Source: Trichinella spiralis (lineage: Eukaryota). Taken from it: a DNA stretch of 64,000 nucleotides. Position 1 is the stretch's first letter. Each line of letters begins with the position of its first letter. The translations under genes were made by a program, and so were the position numbers. Of the stretch, positions 1-13,390 are shown piece after piece. The notes under the pieces were generated by a model. The model was not told the DNA's origin, ran no database searches, and saw only the letters and a program-made list of their open reading frames with translations. Location: NCBI RefSeq assembly GCF_000181795.1, contig NW_003526941.1:6819051-6883050 (forward strand), in the 5' to 3' direction.

Positions 1-82
1 TAAAATTATTCGTATTTACATACAAAGCAATTAATGTATTTTTAGAAAAAAAAGAACTTACATTAGAATAAGGAATATTAAA

Positions 83-2000
83 TTATGCTTTCGAAATAGA
101 GAGCATGTTCGCGTATAGATTTCTTTGACGTTGCCGTTCGTTTTGCAACTGTTTCTTACAAAATGCAATATTCGCCAATGCAGCCGCATTTTTAGGCTCC
201 AAAGAGATTACTTTTTCAAAATCTGCCATTGCATCTTCATAATCGCGCCGATTCTGATGTGCCTATATACATTTCAAAATTTCCATGAAAATGTATAATA
301 TAAACGAATCTTCTGATATCACCTGTCCACGTCGGTATAGTGCTTTAACATTGGACGGGTCATGCGTCAAAACTTTATTGCAAGAGTGTAATGCCTGCAA
401 ATTGTCGTCTTCTTTCAAGTATGCAAGTGCCAGGTTCAGGAAAACAGCCTTGATCAAATTCATACGTTTCTCTTTCAAGGCGTCTTCTTCGACTGCGGTA
501 TTTTGTTCAAGCATATTTTTAACCAAATTGTACTTGTGAATTGCCATTTTCACTTTTCCATCCTTCAGAAACAAAACAAAACATAACATAAATTAATCAT
601 TTATAAACGCGTACAAGTTTTCGCGCATTTGTTACTGAAAATAAATGCAAAATACCTTTAAAAATGCTGAACCTTTTTCTTTAAGATTTTCCGCATGCTC
701 CAACATTTCAGCATCACTCATTGACCAAGCTTCTTTAACAGTAGTAAACGAGTTCAACGTTATCATAAATTCCACATCGGCATTGGGCGGAATGTTAAAC
801 GCTGGCATTCCTGATGCACCATATCCCCAATTTTCCTTCAATGTAACCATGCTTTTTTCGCCTTTGGAAAAATGTCGCAACGCTTCATCAACACCACTCG
901 GCAAATCCTGATCTTCACATTCACCAAGAGTATAAGAAATGTCCTTCTCCAAAAACAATTGGCCTTTATAAATGCCAACAATATGAATATCAACAACACT
1001 CTCATCTTTCGGCATGCCACGTTTTTCGCCGGCCACTTGAACACTTCGTAAAATAGTTTTATCCCTCGAAGGACTGATATCTTCGCCTTCCCATCGCAGC
1101 AGTTCAATCTGTTAATAAATCAAAATAAATAATTTAAAAAATTTAAAATTACGTTTACTGTAATAAACACGAACCTGAAGATCAGAACACAAAAATTACA
1201 AAACTAAATCATTCAATATCTTTTCGAAACTAACACTGCACTGACGTTAGAAGCCTTAAATTACTATCACGTAGAAATTCTCAATAAAAATTACACTTAT
1301 GACAACGACAGTCTATCTCATATGCCAGTAATTAAATTGCACAACTATATTAAGTTCGTTGGGTTATTACCAACAAATGTAAATTTTACCTTCTAAACTA
1401 ATCTACCTATAGCATAATATCAAAAAAGAAGAACATTCTTAACTGTGAATAATTTTTCAAGCTCATTTTCATTAAAATCGTTATTTTAAAAATAAAACTG
1501 ACAAATCAGAAAATAATATAATCAACCTCAAAAATAAGTGTCGCATTCTCTGGAATTTTCGGTGGTGCCCCAGCTTCGCCATAAGCGTACTTAGGACTGC
1601 ATGTTATTTTGCAAATTTCGCCTTGTTTCATTGTAGGTACAGCTATATCCCAAGCTTTGATAACTTGCTCTGAAAGAGAAATCATTTTCATGTAATCAAT
1701 ATGCTTCAATATTCTATTCAATATTAAATTTACTACAACTCTAATTAACAATCACATTCCAATCTCACCTCGTCCTACATTGAACGAAAATTCTTTCCCA
1801 CGATCACGGCTTGAGTCAAACTTTGTACCATCGGTAAGAGTACCAACATAGTGAACGAAAACCATATTTCCTTTCGAAGGATGAAATGATCCAACTCCAT
1901 GTTTGATTATTTCTTTCATTACGCCTCCATCGTGATCTGGAGTAAGATCTTCAGCAGAAGAGTCATTTTTCATTTCGGTACTGTTTGCTGATTCTGACAT
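83..2000 (-). CDS. FKBP4: FK506-binding protein with two FKBP domains and a TPR domain (FKBP4/FKBP5-like Hsp90 co-chaperone)
   Basis: Five exons with phase-compatible GT-AG introns: 2000-1769, 1669-1527, 1108-656, 562-323, 262-83. FK1 motifs [26 protein letters not shown] and [29 protein letters not shown]2 motif [15 protein letters not shown] motifs NLALAYLK and [12 protein letters not shown]-terminus LYANML. FKBP4 versus FKBP5 orthology is not resolved. Confidence 0.93.
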
Positions 2001-2121
2001 TGCACGCACGCTATGAGAAACGATCAACCGACCTGCGCAAGCACAACTGCTCTGACTAACACTGATTACGTACAACGCGTACTGAAACGGTTGAAACTTT
2101 CTAGAAATTTCTACGCACAAC

Positions 2122-2128
2122 CTGAAAA
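2122..2128 (-). promoter_or_regulatory. Candidate SL trans-splice (or 5' UTR intron) acceptor upstream of the FKBP gene
   Basis: Minus-strand TTTTCAG, the nematode 3' splice-site consensus, about 120 nt upstream of the ATG at 2000. Confidence 0.45.
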
Positions 2129-2490
2129 CCGAAATTGTCTTACTGTAGTGACGTTACAAAATAAACACTGCGAATTAGTTTAGAAATGCGTTTCATTTTA
2201 CCGAATTATATTTTAATCATCTTCCACAAGCCACTACTGATGACCATTTTTGTCACATTTAAGATACAAATCTTCAAAACGATTAAACTTGTAGGATGAA
2301 ATTGGACATCATTGTTTCACATTGTACATAAATGAAAATAAAAGAACTTTACGATAAAAAAAAACTTTTAAATTCATTTTTGTTCAATCTCTGCATATTT
2401 TCTGTGAAATCTTTTATTTTGCACCTGAAAATCATTTACCATAAAATAGCTAAAAGTAGACACCTATATATGGAAATATAAGCCCTAGTT

Positions 2491-2597
2491 CAACTCGCTG
2501 CGTCGATCAACTTGGCACGTGATCAACTCGCCGCGCGATCAACTCGCCGCACGATTAATTCTCCGCGCGATCAACTCGCCTCGCGATCAAGTCGCCA
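2491..2597. repeat. CpG-rich ~16-bp minisatellite, consensus CAACTCGCCGCGCGAT, about 6-7 degenerate copies
   Basis: Visible directly: caactcgctgcgtcgat caacttggcacgtgat caactcgccgcgcgat caactcgccgcacgat taattctccgcgcgat caactcgcctcgcgat caagtcgcc. Confidence 0.85.
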
Positions 2598-3505
2598 TGA
2601 TTATTTGCGTCTGTGGCATCGTTTTACGCCGTAGCTTCACACTAGCTGAACATCTTTCTTTCTACTGCATCACTTTATCAATATCTGCACAATATATATC
2701 TGCATTCAGGGGCGTTGATACGTCTAATTTATAAAGAGGGGCGGATACAGTATACAAAAGATTTTATCACGTACATGTATTATTATGCATGACAGTCTGA
2801 AGAAGAACAAAATAGTATCGTTTTTTTTATTTAATCTAAACTAGAATCTGAATGACGTGATATAAAAAAGTTGCAAATTAATAATTTTAATTTTCAAGTT
2901 GTTAATTCCATAGAACAAATAGCGATTAAATAATAAATCTTATTACGAGTTTTGTTTTTGACTTTGTCGAGTTCAGACTGTAAAACCTGACAGATCAAGT
3001 TGGTTGATAAAAATTGATCCATCCATATACGTACAGATTGGAAAAAATTTTTTTCAACACTGTTTCGTGATCGAGCGATTGTTTAATTCTGATTTCGATT
3101 ATTTATCAACAACTAACTGGAAATGTGAAAACAAAAAATTTCCAACAAACATAATTTTATCGTGAACGTAATGTTCAATAATTGATATACACAGTATCGC
3201 TGTGCTTTGAAATTTTGTTCCAACAGAAACAAATTCAATGGAGAAAAATGGTTAATTTTTAATTAAAATAAGAGAAACCCAAATATCACACTGGATAATA
3301 GTTTGGAAATGGAGAAAAAAAACACTTTAACAAAATGCGGTGGGTGAATCAAATGAAAAATGTCACTTAATCAACGTAGAATAGAACAACAGGTGAACAA
3401 TTTCTACCACAGTTGGACCCGTGGTGGTGACGAATTTTGAAGGCAGTTTTTTTTGACATGATAAATGAAATGAAAAAAAGAAAAAACTGATTGTCCAGAC
3501 AAAAT

Positions 3506-6500
3506 TTACATACTGACCATCAACTGTTTGGCCGCCTTAGCTACCTCGTATGATGCTTTGACAATGTTCATGCTGAACTGTTCTTCGGTTGGATCTTGTT
3601 CGCCTGGACTTCCGGCACAGTGTACAGTAAGCATCAGGCAAGCGTCGACTATGGCATCCAACGACTGAGCCATGGTCCCTTTGCGCAGTCTCGGCGGCAC
3701 GCTGTTCACCATATTGTCGACGATGCTTTGCACGCGCACGACCAAAGGCGCGAAACGATGATGCTGCTGAGCTTGGGCGGCGGCCAGAATGTGGTGGATT
3801 TCTTTGGTCAGCGATTCGGTCAGAAAAACCAAATTCGAAGGAAACTGCCCACCGTCGTCGTCGTCGCCTTCTTCGACGCCAAGCGTTCCACTGGCACCAG
3901 CGCCGCAGACTACAACACTCGAAGCGGTTGTCGTTCCAACGGGCAATTCCAACGAAGACCGATGGGCGGTGGTCAACATGCCGGCCAGACGACCGTTCAA
4001 CGCGGTCGTTCGATCGCCGAGAAACATCGAAGCTGACCGACTCGTCGCCTTCGGCGCCGTTTGTCGATGACGCCAATAATAATGCTGACCACCAGCATTG
4101 GTGGACAACTGACCACTGTTCAACGGTTCGAAACCACGCGATGCTGCGGGGCCCATGCGACCCGTCGTAAACGGTACGTTGCTTTCAGCATTGTAGCACT
4201 GCTCTGTAGTTTTCAACGACTTCAACTCTTCTGACAGTTGTTCATAAGATTTTTTCAAATACAAAATCTTGAAAAAACAAAAAGCAAATATATGCATTTT
4301 TTAACAAAAACAAACAAACATCCTGATACCTCCGCTTGGAAAAGTTTATTTTGCAAGCTCAATTCATCAAACTTGCGATTCATCGTAGCCAAACAGCGTC
4401 TCAAAGTGCGAAAATCGTCCGCCCCACCACCAGCTTGGACGTCGGCTAACATTTCAGCGCTTTCGAGCGGCACTTCATCGTACACTGGACCGTCGGCAGA
4501 ATTTGGAACGCTAGTGACGGACAAAAGCGGCTCGCATTCCAATTTTTTATTTTCTGATCCGGACGTCGGGTCCGACAAAACAACATCCGGTCGGTTTTGC
4601 AGTCGCCGCTTGCATTCGTTGAGCAACATAATCTGAAGTCCAGTGAATTCTCGGCCGTTGAATTTGGCCAATTTTTGCCGCCTCTGGTTCCGCGGAGCCG
4701 CCAAATCCGCGTTGACTGGTAAAAACGGTACAACGTAACGTTCGCTGGATTGATCCATTTTCGCGCAGGCGGCCCTTAACAACATTACCGTCAGTAGTGT
4801 TCAATAACGAATTAATAAATATTATTAAAAGAAAACATTAACAAAAAAAAATTTACCACGCTGAATCGGTCTCTCTCCTGTCTGTTTCATCGTAAACGTC
4901 CTGAACTAATTTTTCCAAAGCACGATCGGTGAGACGTTGTAGCCTCAGCTTTACTGCCCGATTCTGCTCCAGCTGACCAGTGGCTACTTCAGGAATCAAA
5001 AAATGCATTCCAGTCTGATGATCAGGCATACGACCGCAGAGGTAAAAGCTCAGTCGGTCAGTGGCCTCATATTCCAGTTCTTCCAAACGCCTCGCCAACT
5101 CAGCGTGCCCAGCTGCTTCGGCCAACGCTGACGGTGTCTGGCCGTCGAAATTCGGTTGCGCCGGATCAGCGCCATACAAGAACAACAGTTCAACCTAATA
5201 AATAAAATATAAAAATATGTATTCGTTAACCTATTGAAAAATTAATAATATTTCATATCAAACTATTTCAGGAATTGCAAAAGTAAACTGAAAAACAATA
5301 CATCAGAAAGCTCACGAAACAAAGCATGTGTACCTGCAACGACTGACCTTCGCGGGCAGCGACGTGTACGGGCGTGGCACCAGAATCTGGATCCATAAAA
5401 CCGCTCGGATCTGCGCCCAAAACTAAAAGCCGAAGAGTAGTCTCAACGTGATTTGTTCTGACACATGAATTAAGTTGACGATTCAGATCATCCAATTGCA
5501 AATCCATTGGCATCGTTTCATCTTTCGACCGCCTCAAAGAAAATGCCAAATCTTGATACTTTGCACGAATAAACTCTGCCTTCACCGGATACAACGGATC
5601 TCTGCAATACCACTTTCCGTTAGAATTAGATTGAATTGTTATTGAAAACAAAAACTAATTGCAATGATACAAAAAACTAAAAACTATTCATCGCATCGAT
5701 CTACTGAAATTAACAATATATGACAGTTATTATAATGGTCAATAATTTTTTTTCAAAGCAATATTATTTCATCAATGATACTCATAAACATATTCATTCC
5801 TGCTCATCAATATGTACAGTAGTGCTATGTGTGATGATTAAATTAAAGCTAATGTTTGTGACGAGAAACAGCCTAAAGTGGTATATTCAAAGTAAAATTA
5901 AAAAAGGAAATCACTATTTACAGTATAATAATAATTAAAAAATTGAAAACGATTCAAATTGTAAATAAAACTAATGAAACACGGTGTACAAAATAGTTGA
6001 AACATCTATAACATTCGAAAACCATAAAGCGGCTACAATAAAGTAGTTTTACCGAACGCAAATAAAGCAAAACCTTTTTATCTACAAACTTAAAAGCTCT
6101 TTCACACACTTTTAATTCGCCAAAATTTTCAACTAACAACAAATGCCCAACCTTTAAAAGCAGTGGGCACTAATACGGATTTCTTTAGAATATTTAAATT
6201 AAAAGTTTTAAGATGACTGGTAGTTATGTGGATTCATTTCATATTATCAGTATTCGATGTTAGTTGAAATTGAAATGAAACAATTTCGAAAGCAAAAAAT
6301 ACTTTTAACTTATACAAATGCGCAAAAAGTCACAACTAAGCAAACTTTCTTCGACGCTCTCAATTCCTGAACTCAAATTTGCATATCATGATACATTAGA
6401 AAAATAGAATTTCGAAAAATAAATTAAAAAATCAATAACTGAAATAGGATTAAACACAACTGTTTTTTGAAGCAAAAACTTACTACTGACGATGTATAGA

Positions 6501-7187
6501 ATTGAAATCAAATTGAAATTTGAGTTTATGATGAATTTTCAAAATGATCATTTTTCATTTTCACTGCAATTCATCAGAGACAAGCAAACAAAACAAACAA
6601 ATCACACGCAGTAATAATGAAAATTGTTGTTCTCACTAAGCGAACACAAGTTATTGCGTAATCAAACAGCAACAACAATGCTTCAGCACTCGCGAATTAT
6701 TTTCCGCTTACTCATCATTGTGATGAATTCAAAAAAATGAGTGAGAGAGGAAGTAAAAAAATAAAATAAAATTGAATTAAATACAAAATGTAGTGCTTTT
6801 TAATTAATGGAAAAATGGGAAATTGCAGAATTTGAAAATGGAGAAATGGAAAAGAACATGAAAATGAAAAACATACTTCGGTTTCGGTTTTCGGGATACT
6901 TTGGATGCCGAAGCGCCGGTAAGAGGATTCAGAAGATGATGTTCCCAGATGTTGTTGGCTCCGTTTGCGTGAAGCGTTCTGACCAGTTCCAGTTGATGCG
7001 AATGCCAGTAACTTTTGGTCAGAGAACGGACTTGTGAAAAATGCCTGCCAAGGGTACGATGAACTGAACAACATTCCGTGCAAATGAACACACCACGATT
7101 GACCGAAGCCCAAGACGGTCCTGGAGCTGAACAATCGGCGCAGAGTATGTCCGCCTGAGATGTGACGGTCATTTTCGTCTTGGACAT
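3506..7187 (-). CDS. git-1: ARF GTPase-activating protein GIT (ArfGAP, ankyrin repeats, two Spa2-homology repeats, C-terminal paxillin-binding domain)
   Basis: Five exons: 7187-6877, 5601-5334, 5194-4857, 4774-4330, 4267-3506. ArfGAP zinc finger CADC..WASVNRGVFICTECCSVHR. Ankyrin motif TPVHVAAREGQ. SHD motifs DVYDETDRRETD and RNQRRQKLAKFN. C-terminal SYEVAKAAKQL. The ORF-track start at 7199 is a GTG; the first ATG is at 7187. Confidence 0.93.
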
Positions 7188-8250
7188 CTCAATTTCCACT
7201 CGAATCGACTACACCCGGTAAAGTGCACCGCTGAACAGCAGGCCGCTCAAATGCCGTTGCAGTTCATCAAACTTTGTGATACAGTAAATTAGAATGCAAG
7301 CGTCAATGTTAATTTATTGCATGCCGACTAAAATGGAAACAAATTTATTTTTAAATTTAAATTTTTAAAATTTTAATTTTATTTATAAATGCTAATATTA
7401 AAAAGAACGAAAAAAATTCATTTTACAATTTTGTACGTTGTCACATAATCACCTTTCAACTTTGCTTGTAACCAAATGGTTGCTTGCTTAGCATTATCAA
7501 CAATACAGCACTCACATTTTTTGCACAACTGGACATTCAACCATACAAAGCTTTCAGTTTGTTTACAATCATTTAGTCATTGTTTAATAAATAGCACGAC
7601 TGATTCATCATCATTTGCAATTTCAAATTTCACTTTCTAAACAAGCTGATAAATAAATTCGTCGATTGGAACAAAAATTAACCAAGCTACACAACATTCA
7701 CCTCTGAACTGTTCAATTTTTACACACTGAACAGATCCTGGTTGAAAATTGTTTTTTCACCATTATTTCTATACGACGTTAATTTTATTTCACTTTAGGC
7801 AAGCAAAACTTTCAAGCCAATAATCACAAGAAATGATAAAATCATGATCAGCTATAATTAATGAATAAAATTTTCCAGCTAAATTTCCGTTCGTCAATAC
7901 AAGAACAAATACGGAAATACAAGAAATAAAAGAAACAAATCGAACTGTATCAATCGGACTAGATGAAATGATACAAATATGCAAATTTTTCAATCAGCGC
8001 ACAAAACGCACAGGCTATTTTCTAAAAACGCAATTTATTAATCGGATTATCGGTTATATAATCGATCTCTGTTCAGATACACAGAGAACGAATACAAAAT
8101 GTAAACAAAATTTTCATTATAACGTAACTTTCTTGTAACATTTATGAGAATTATTCCACAAACATAACTAAGAATAGAGTGATTTCAAGTTAATAAAGCG
8201 TACATTTAATCATATTAAATTTTGAAAAATTTTTTTTTCAATGCAAATTT

Positions 8251-10355
8251 TCAAACTTCTAATATTGATGGCGATAACAACTTGGACTTGTATGGCTGAA
8301 TTATGGGGAAAAGTTGTCTGGAACAAAATTCTTCCACCTAAATGATTAATGAAAGTTATAGAAAAAAAAAGAAAAATTGTACAATAAATTCAATTTCAAT
8401 TACTTGCATAGGTGATAAACCAATGTGCCTCTCGGGAAGAAGCAAATCGCTGAGAAATGGCCAAACAGGCTCGAAAAAGCAATCCCCTTTCAGTAATTGC
8501 AACATTTCACTTCCATATTCGCCAGATTGTTCGCGTATCGCATGCGCTTTCAAAGCTAACAATCGAATTTTTTCATGCGCAACCTGGAAATGCGAAATAA
8601 AAATTTCAATTAATAAAAAAATATAATTAAAAAAATAAGCAATCACAAAAAAAACAAAATAAGTAATAGTAATATATTACAAGAGTTATTAAAAGTCAAA
8701 AACAGAAAATATATTACTTGACGATCTGCTCCACGCAATGTCATATGCATTAAAATGGCTTCCAATACCAAAAATGGCATCTCGTGATCAACATGCCGAG
8801 CTATTGCTGCATGATTAACTCGCAAACCTTCAAGAATGTTTTGAAATGTCAGCAGTAGAGCATCCGCCGTCAAAAAAGATTCTGGCAAAACTAATCTTCT
8901 GAAAAACAAATTTCCATTCATTCCAATGAAATAGAATTAAAATAAAGTACCGATTCGAAGAATCATCCAAGGTACGTTCAAAGCCATGTATTGCCTCTGT
9001 ATGAAAAGCATTCGGAGGCATATTTATCAAAAAACGAGCTAAACCACAACAACGTTCACTTCTCATTGGATTTCTTTTGTAAGGCATGGCCGATGAACCT
9101 AATCATCATTGTCGATAATTAAGAAAAAAAACGTAATAAAAAATAAATTTTCTTTCTAACCAACTTGACTGCTTTCAAAAGGTTCCATAAGTTCATCAAA
9201 ACATTGCAACATTCTTATATCCATGCATATTTTGTGCACAGCAGCACCAAGCATTGCCAACGAACAGATCACTGAACAATCTTGCATTCGACTGTAAGTT
9301 TGTCCCGTTATTGTGAAGCAGCCTTTTTCAGTTTCTGAATCGAAAAAACCCGCAAGCTCGCAAATACGTCTGTCGAGCTTTCTAACCTGAATATTATTTA
9401 AATGAACAGACAGTTGTTTTTCAACTTCAAAAACTGCTCACTTTGTTCATGTCATTTCCAAATAATGTGAGAAAAGAATTCTGTGTGCCCGTGGCACCTT
9501 TTGCCCCTCGAAACAACAATGACGATTTGGAAAAATTGACATGTTGAAAAGCGATAAGCAAATCCTGGGCCCATTGGACGGCCCGTTTGCCCACTGTAGT
9601 CAATGAAGCTGGTCTATAAATGTGTATCAAAAAACAAACAGAAAAAAGAAATCATACACATAAAAACAATGAATAAAATATTTCTACACTCACTGATAAT
9701 GTGTTCGACCTATGGTCGGCAAAGATTTGTGAAGAATGGCAAAATTACTGAGAACATGCAAACACGTGGCAGTTTTTTCCAAAATCAACTGCAAACCATC
9801 ACGCATAATTAAAATATCCTTAAAAGAACACGTTTTCAGACTTACATACATGCAAAAAGTATATTCAGATGAAAGAAAATAAAAGTAAATTTATCATTTA
9901 TCATGTTAACAAACGTGTAATTACTGCATTATCTTGCACGTAAGCAGAAGTAGCTCCTAAATGCACAATGCCTTTGGCTTTCGGTGCAGCCAACTCAAAG
10001 GCATGAACGTGTGCCATAACGTCATGGCGTAACTGCTTCTCGAACGTTTTAATCATCGACCAGTCAATATCGTTTATGTGAGCTTGCATATCATCGATTT
10101 GCTCTGGGTGAATCATGGGCAGTCCAAGTTCCTGTAAAAATTAACCCAAACAAACTCGACTAATATATAGGCTGAAATGATGAATTAAAATAAAATTTAT
10201 TTCAAAAAATGTACCATTTCAGCTTGGGCTAGCCATATCCACAACTTTCGCCATCTAGCAATTTTGTGTTCATCTGAAAACAAAGTTTGCATCTGCTTGC
10301 TAGCGTAGCGACCACTCAAAACTGACTGGTAAGTTTCATGGACATTTGTTTCCAT
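8251..10355 (-). CDS. ADSL: Adenylosuccinate lyase
   Basis: Nine exons: 10355-10215, 10131-9925, 9818-9694, 9613-9442, 9386-9161, 9098-8951, 8898-8718, 8583-8404, 8337-8251. Motifs [29 protein letters not shown] (catalytic His), [11 protein letters not shown] and the fumarate-lyase signature [15 protein letters not shown]. Confidence 0.96.
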
Positions 10356-10363
10356 TTTGAAGA

Positions 10364-10371
10364 CTATAAAA
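10364..10371 (-). promoter_or_regulatory. Candidate trans-splice acceptor just upstream of the ADSL ATG
   Basis: Minus-strand TTTTATAG ends 8 nt before the start codon, the usual position of an SL addition site in nematodes. Confidence 0.4.
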
Positions 10372-13364
10372 AGAAAATCTTTACTCATATTGATTAAATA
10401 TTGCAAAACACATTAAAACATATAGGTTAGATTTGCAATCCTAGGTTACACAAAAATAGCAGTATTCACAAAAGAATTTTACAATAAAGAACAGTTTACA
10501 CAGATTAAAATTTTTTATTATTATTTCACTCTGACATATAATTAACTTTAACATAACAAAATTAACCGAAAATATACGTACATGTACTAATAAATGAATC
10601 ACACTTGTATAAACTGTATGGTGAAATAGTACAACAGTCTACAGTAAATATGATTATCAAGCATATTCAAATATATTTTATGAGCAATGTTAAGATTTGT
10701 GTGTATGTAACATTAAAAAACATGTTTTTTATTTTCAAAAATTAAAATTTACGATAAATTTACTTTAACATTTAATATTAAACTAATTTTTGCAAAAAAA
10801 TCATTTGATATTAAGTGTGTGAAATCATCATATAAAAAGAACAAATTTTTCATAATAAATGTATTCAGTATTACTTTTAAGTTCAATTAATTATTCAATA
10901 AATTAAGAGATTTCAACTGCAATTTAAATGACATGCACAATTTGAGTATTGATCATGAATTAATGATGTTTTGATTATACTGAAAGAAAAATTACCTTCA
11001 CAAGTTGATCATTGCTGACTTATTGCGTTCCGTTATTATTATTATTATTATTGTTGTTGTTGTGTAGTAATGCAAAATAAATTACCTGCGTAAAATGACG
11101 TAAGAAAATAAAAGATAAAAGTTATAATGAACTTTTATTTCAAAAATAATTTCAGCATCAAAAAAAAATGATCAAGCTTTTAACCACATGATAACAATTT
11201 GGTCAATTGGTCAAAGATCAAATTTATAAAAATTAAAAGTGACAAATAGATTGTGCCAAGATTTCACAGACAATTACACCAATAAATGAAAATGTCAATA
11301 ATTTCGAGATCAACAATCATATGAGAGTTGATTACCGAGTCAAGCTATTATAATGTCAGTTTCGATGTTTGCAGAGATGATGAAATCTCGATGATAAGAA
11401 ATTGGCACTTTTCAATGATAAATTCATTTACGCCACTTATTTAAACATAATTTCAGATGCTTCAACATTGAATAAATCAATTTTTATGCTATCTATTTTT
11501 CCAATTACAAATATTCACATTCAGTTTTTATTCACATATTGTTCGCATATTAGAAAATAAACTGATGAAATCAACAACAACTTGATTACAGATTATTTAA
11601 CAAAAAAAGATATATTGTATAACAGTAAAACATGAGAAAATTTGTAATACTGTAAATTTCGTTCCGTTCGTTGACAGTAAAAAGGGAAATTTACACGCAC
11701 TATTATTCACAGTTACAGTCAGAAACAAAACACAGGAAAAAGATGTACAGACGTCATCAGCAAACATAATTATGCAGTTTTTTCTACTTGAATTGAATAT
11801 AATTTAAATTTGTATCAAATGCATGATTTCTTTTTAATATACAACGAAATTACAATCTGATTTACAAACTTTGATATTTTTACAAACGAAAAACAATAAC
11901 AACGTTGTAAATGTAAACTGGCTGTAGCAGAAGAATTGCTGTATGAAAATTTGAATTTTGAAAAAGGTCAAATTGCGCGTTAAATTTATGAATAGAATTT
12001 TAATTTGTAAAGTTTTTATTAAAATTTATGGAAATTATTTTGCAAAAATTCAGTATACAATTGCAATCAGATTGAAAGAAATTTTCATTTCACGTAAAGT
12101 TCACGATTGGTAAAAAAAAATATCAACTCTGGTGTTTCCTTTTTCAATCTCAAATCATACATTATTATTATTAATATTTGCACGTTCGATGAAGCAGAAA
12201 ATTTCATGTGAACATTGAAATGAATGAAAAAAGTGTTCATTTGAATATGTGATTTTTTAAAAATGTATTTTTGATAAATTATTTTTGAAATTGTAAAACA
12301 GAATGAAAAAAATAATAATAAATTGCGTTAATGCAAGTATCATTGAAACGTGAATGGATGTTCATTATTTGGCGTGAATGTACGTGTGAAATAATTCTTA
12401 TGATAACGAATGATCCGGGAGAATAAAAAAATGATAAAAAGATATGAATAATTTTCAAGTTCAATTATTATCTATTTTTTAATTCCCCTTCTCAAAAGTT
12501 ATCATTATCATGAAGTGTGAACGAAATGTAGTGAACAAGAAAATAACAACAACTGTTGAAACTCGTCTGAGCAGTGTCAATACGGCTCGAAGAATTGAAA
12601 TAATTTCGTCAATTCGATGATCCATGTTCTCTCATTGACACTTCTAATAAATAAATAAATATTTCAAGAATTCATAAATTGCATTATGCATAGAAAGAAT
12701 TTTGAAAAACTGGAAAAAGAAGTTACAAAATATGAAACATTCGACAACAGAGCCGCTTTGATGTTTCTAATTTGATCTGAAATGATTGATTAAAATAAAA
12801 TAAAATAATTTATATATACAAGTGAATAATTTTGAAAACATCATCATTGCATTGTGATAAAATTATTTCACATTAAAAAAGAAAAAGAACATTTAAGAAA
12901 GTATGCAAATATCAAAATATCATTGACCAATAGGAGCACGGATATTGACCTAAATTTGTAGACAAAATAGTGAAATAATTTATATTTATTTGCATTGCGC
13001 TGCGGTCAAATAGGGGCGGGACGATGGCATAATTTTCTGTCCAGTGAATTCAGGCAGCGTCGCAGGACGACGCATTCTGCCACCATACGGCTAACAACGT
13101 GAAAGACCGAAAGCGAGAAATTCACTGCTTCTCTCGGCAAATGATCTTTTGCATTGAACATTTTATTCGTCGTTGCTTTTCATTCGAATATATTCATCGT
13201 TCGTTCAACTTCTACATTTCTGCCCAAAACTCTACCAACTACAACCACTCATCTCTAACAATTTTGTTTGATTGCTTGTCGGTAAGATTTGCATATTTTA
13301 TATTTTATTTTTATTGCGTGTGTTATTTTTCAAATTTATTCAAATTTTGCTTGCTTGCAAATAT

Positions 13365-13390
13365 TCTTCTTCTTCTTCTTCTTCTTCTTC
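13365..13390. repeat. (CTT)n microsatellite
   Basis: ttcttcttcttcttcttcttcttcttc run; it produces the poly-L and poly-F stretches in spurious ORFs. Confidence 0.85.

Noticed and set aside
3537..4804. Overlapping and antisense ORFs over the GIT 3' exons
   Set aside because: Shadow ORFs of GC-rich coding exons with no recognisable motifs.
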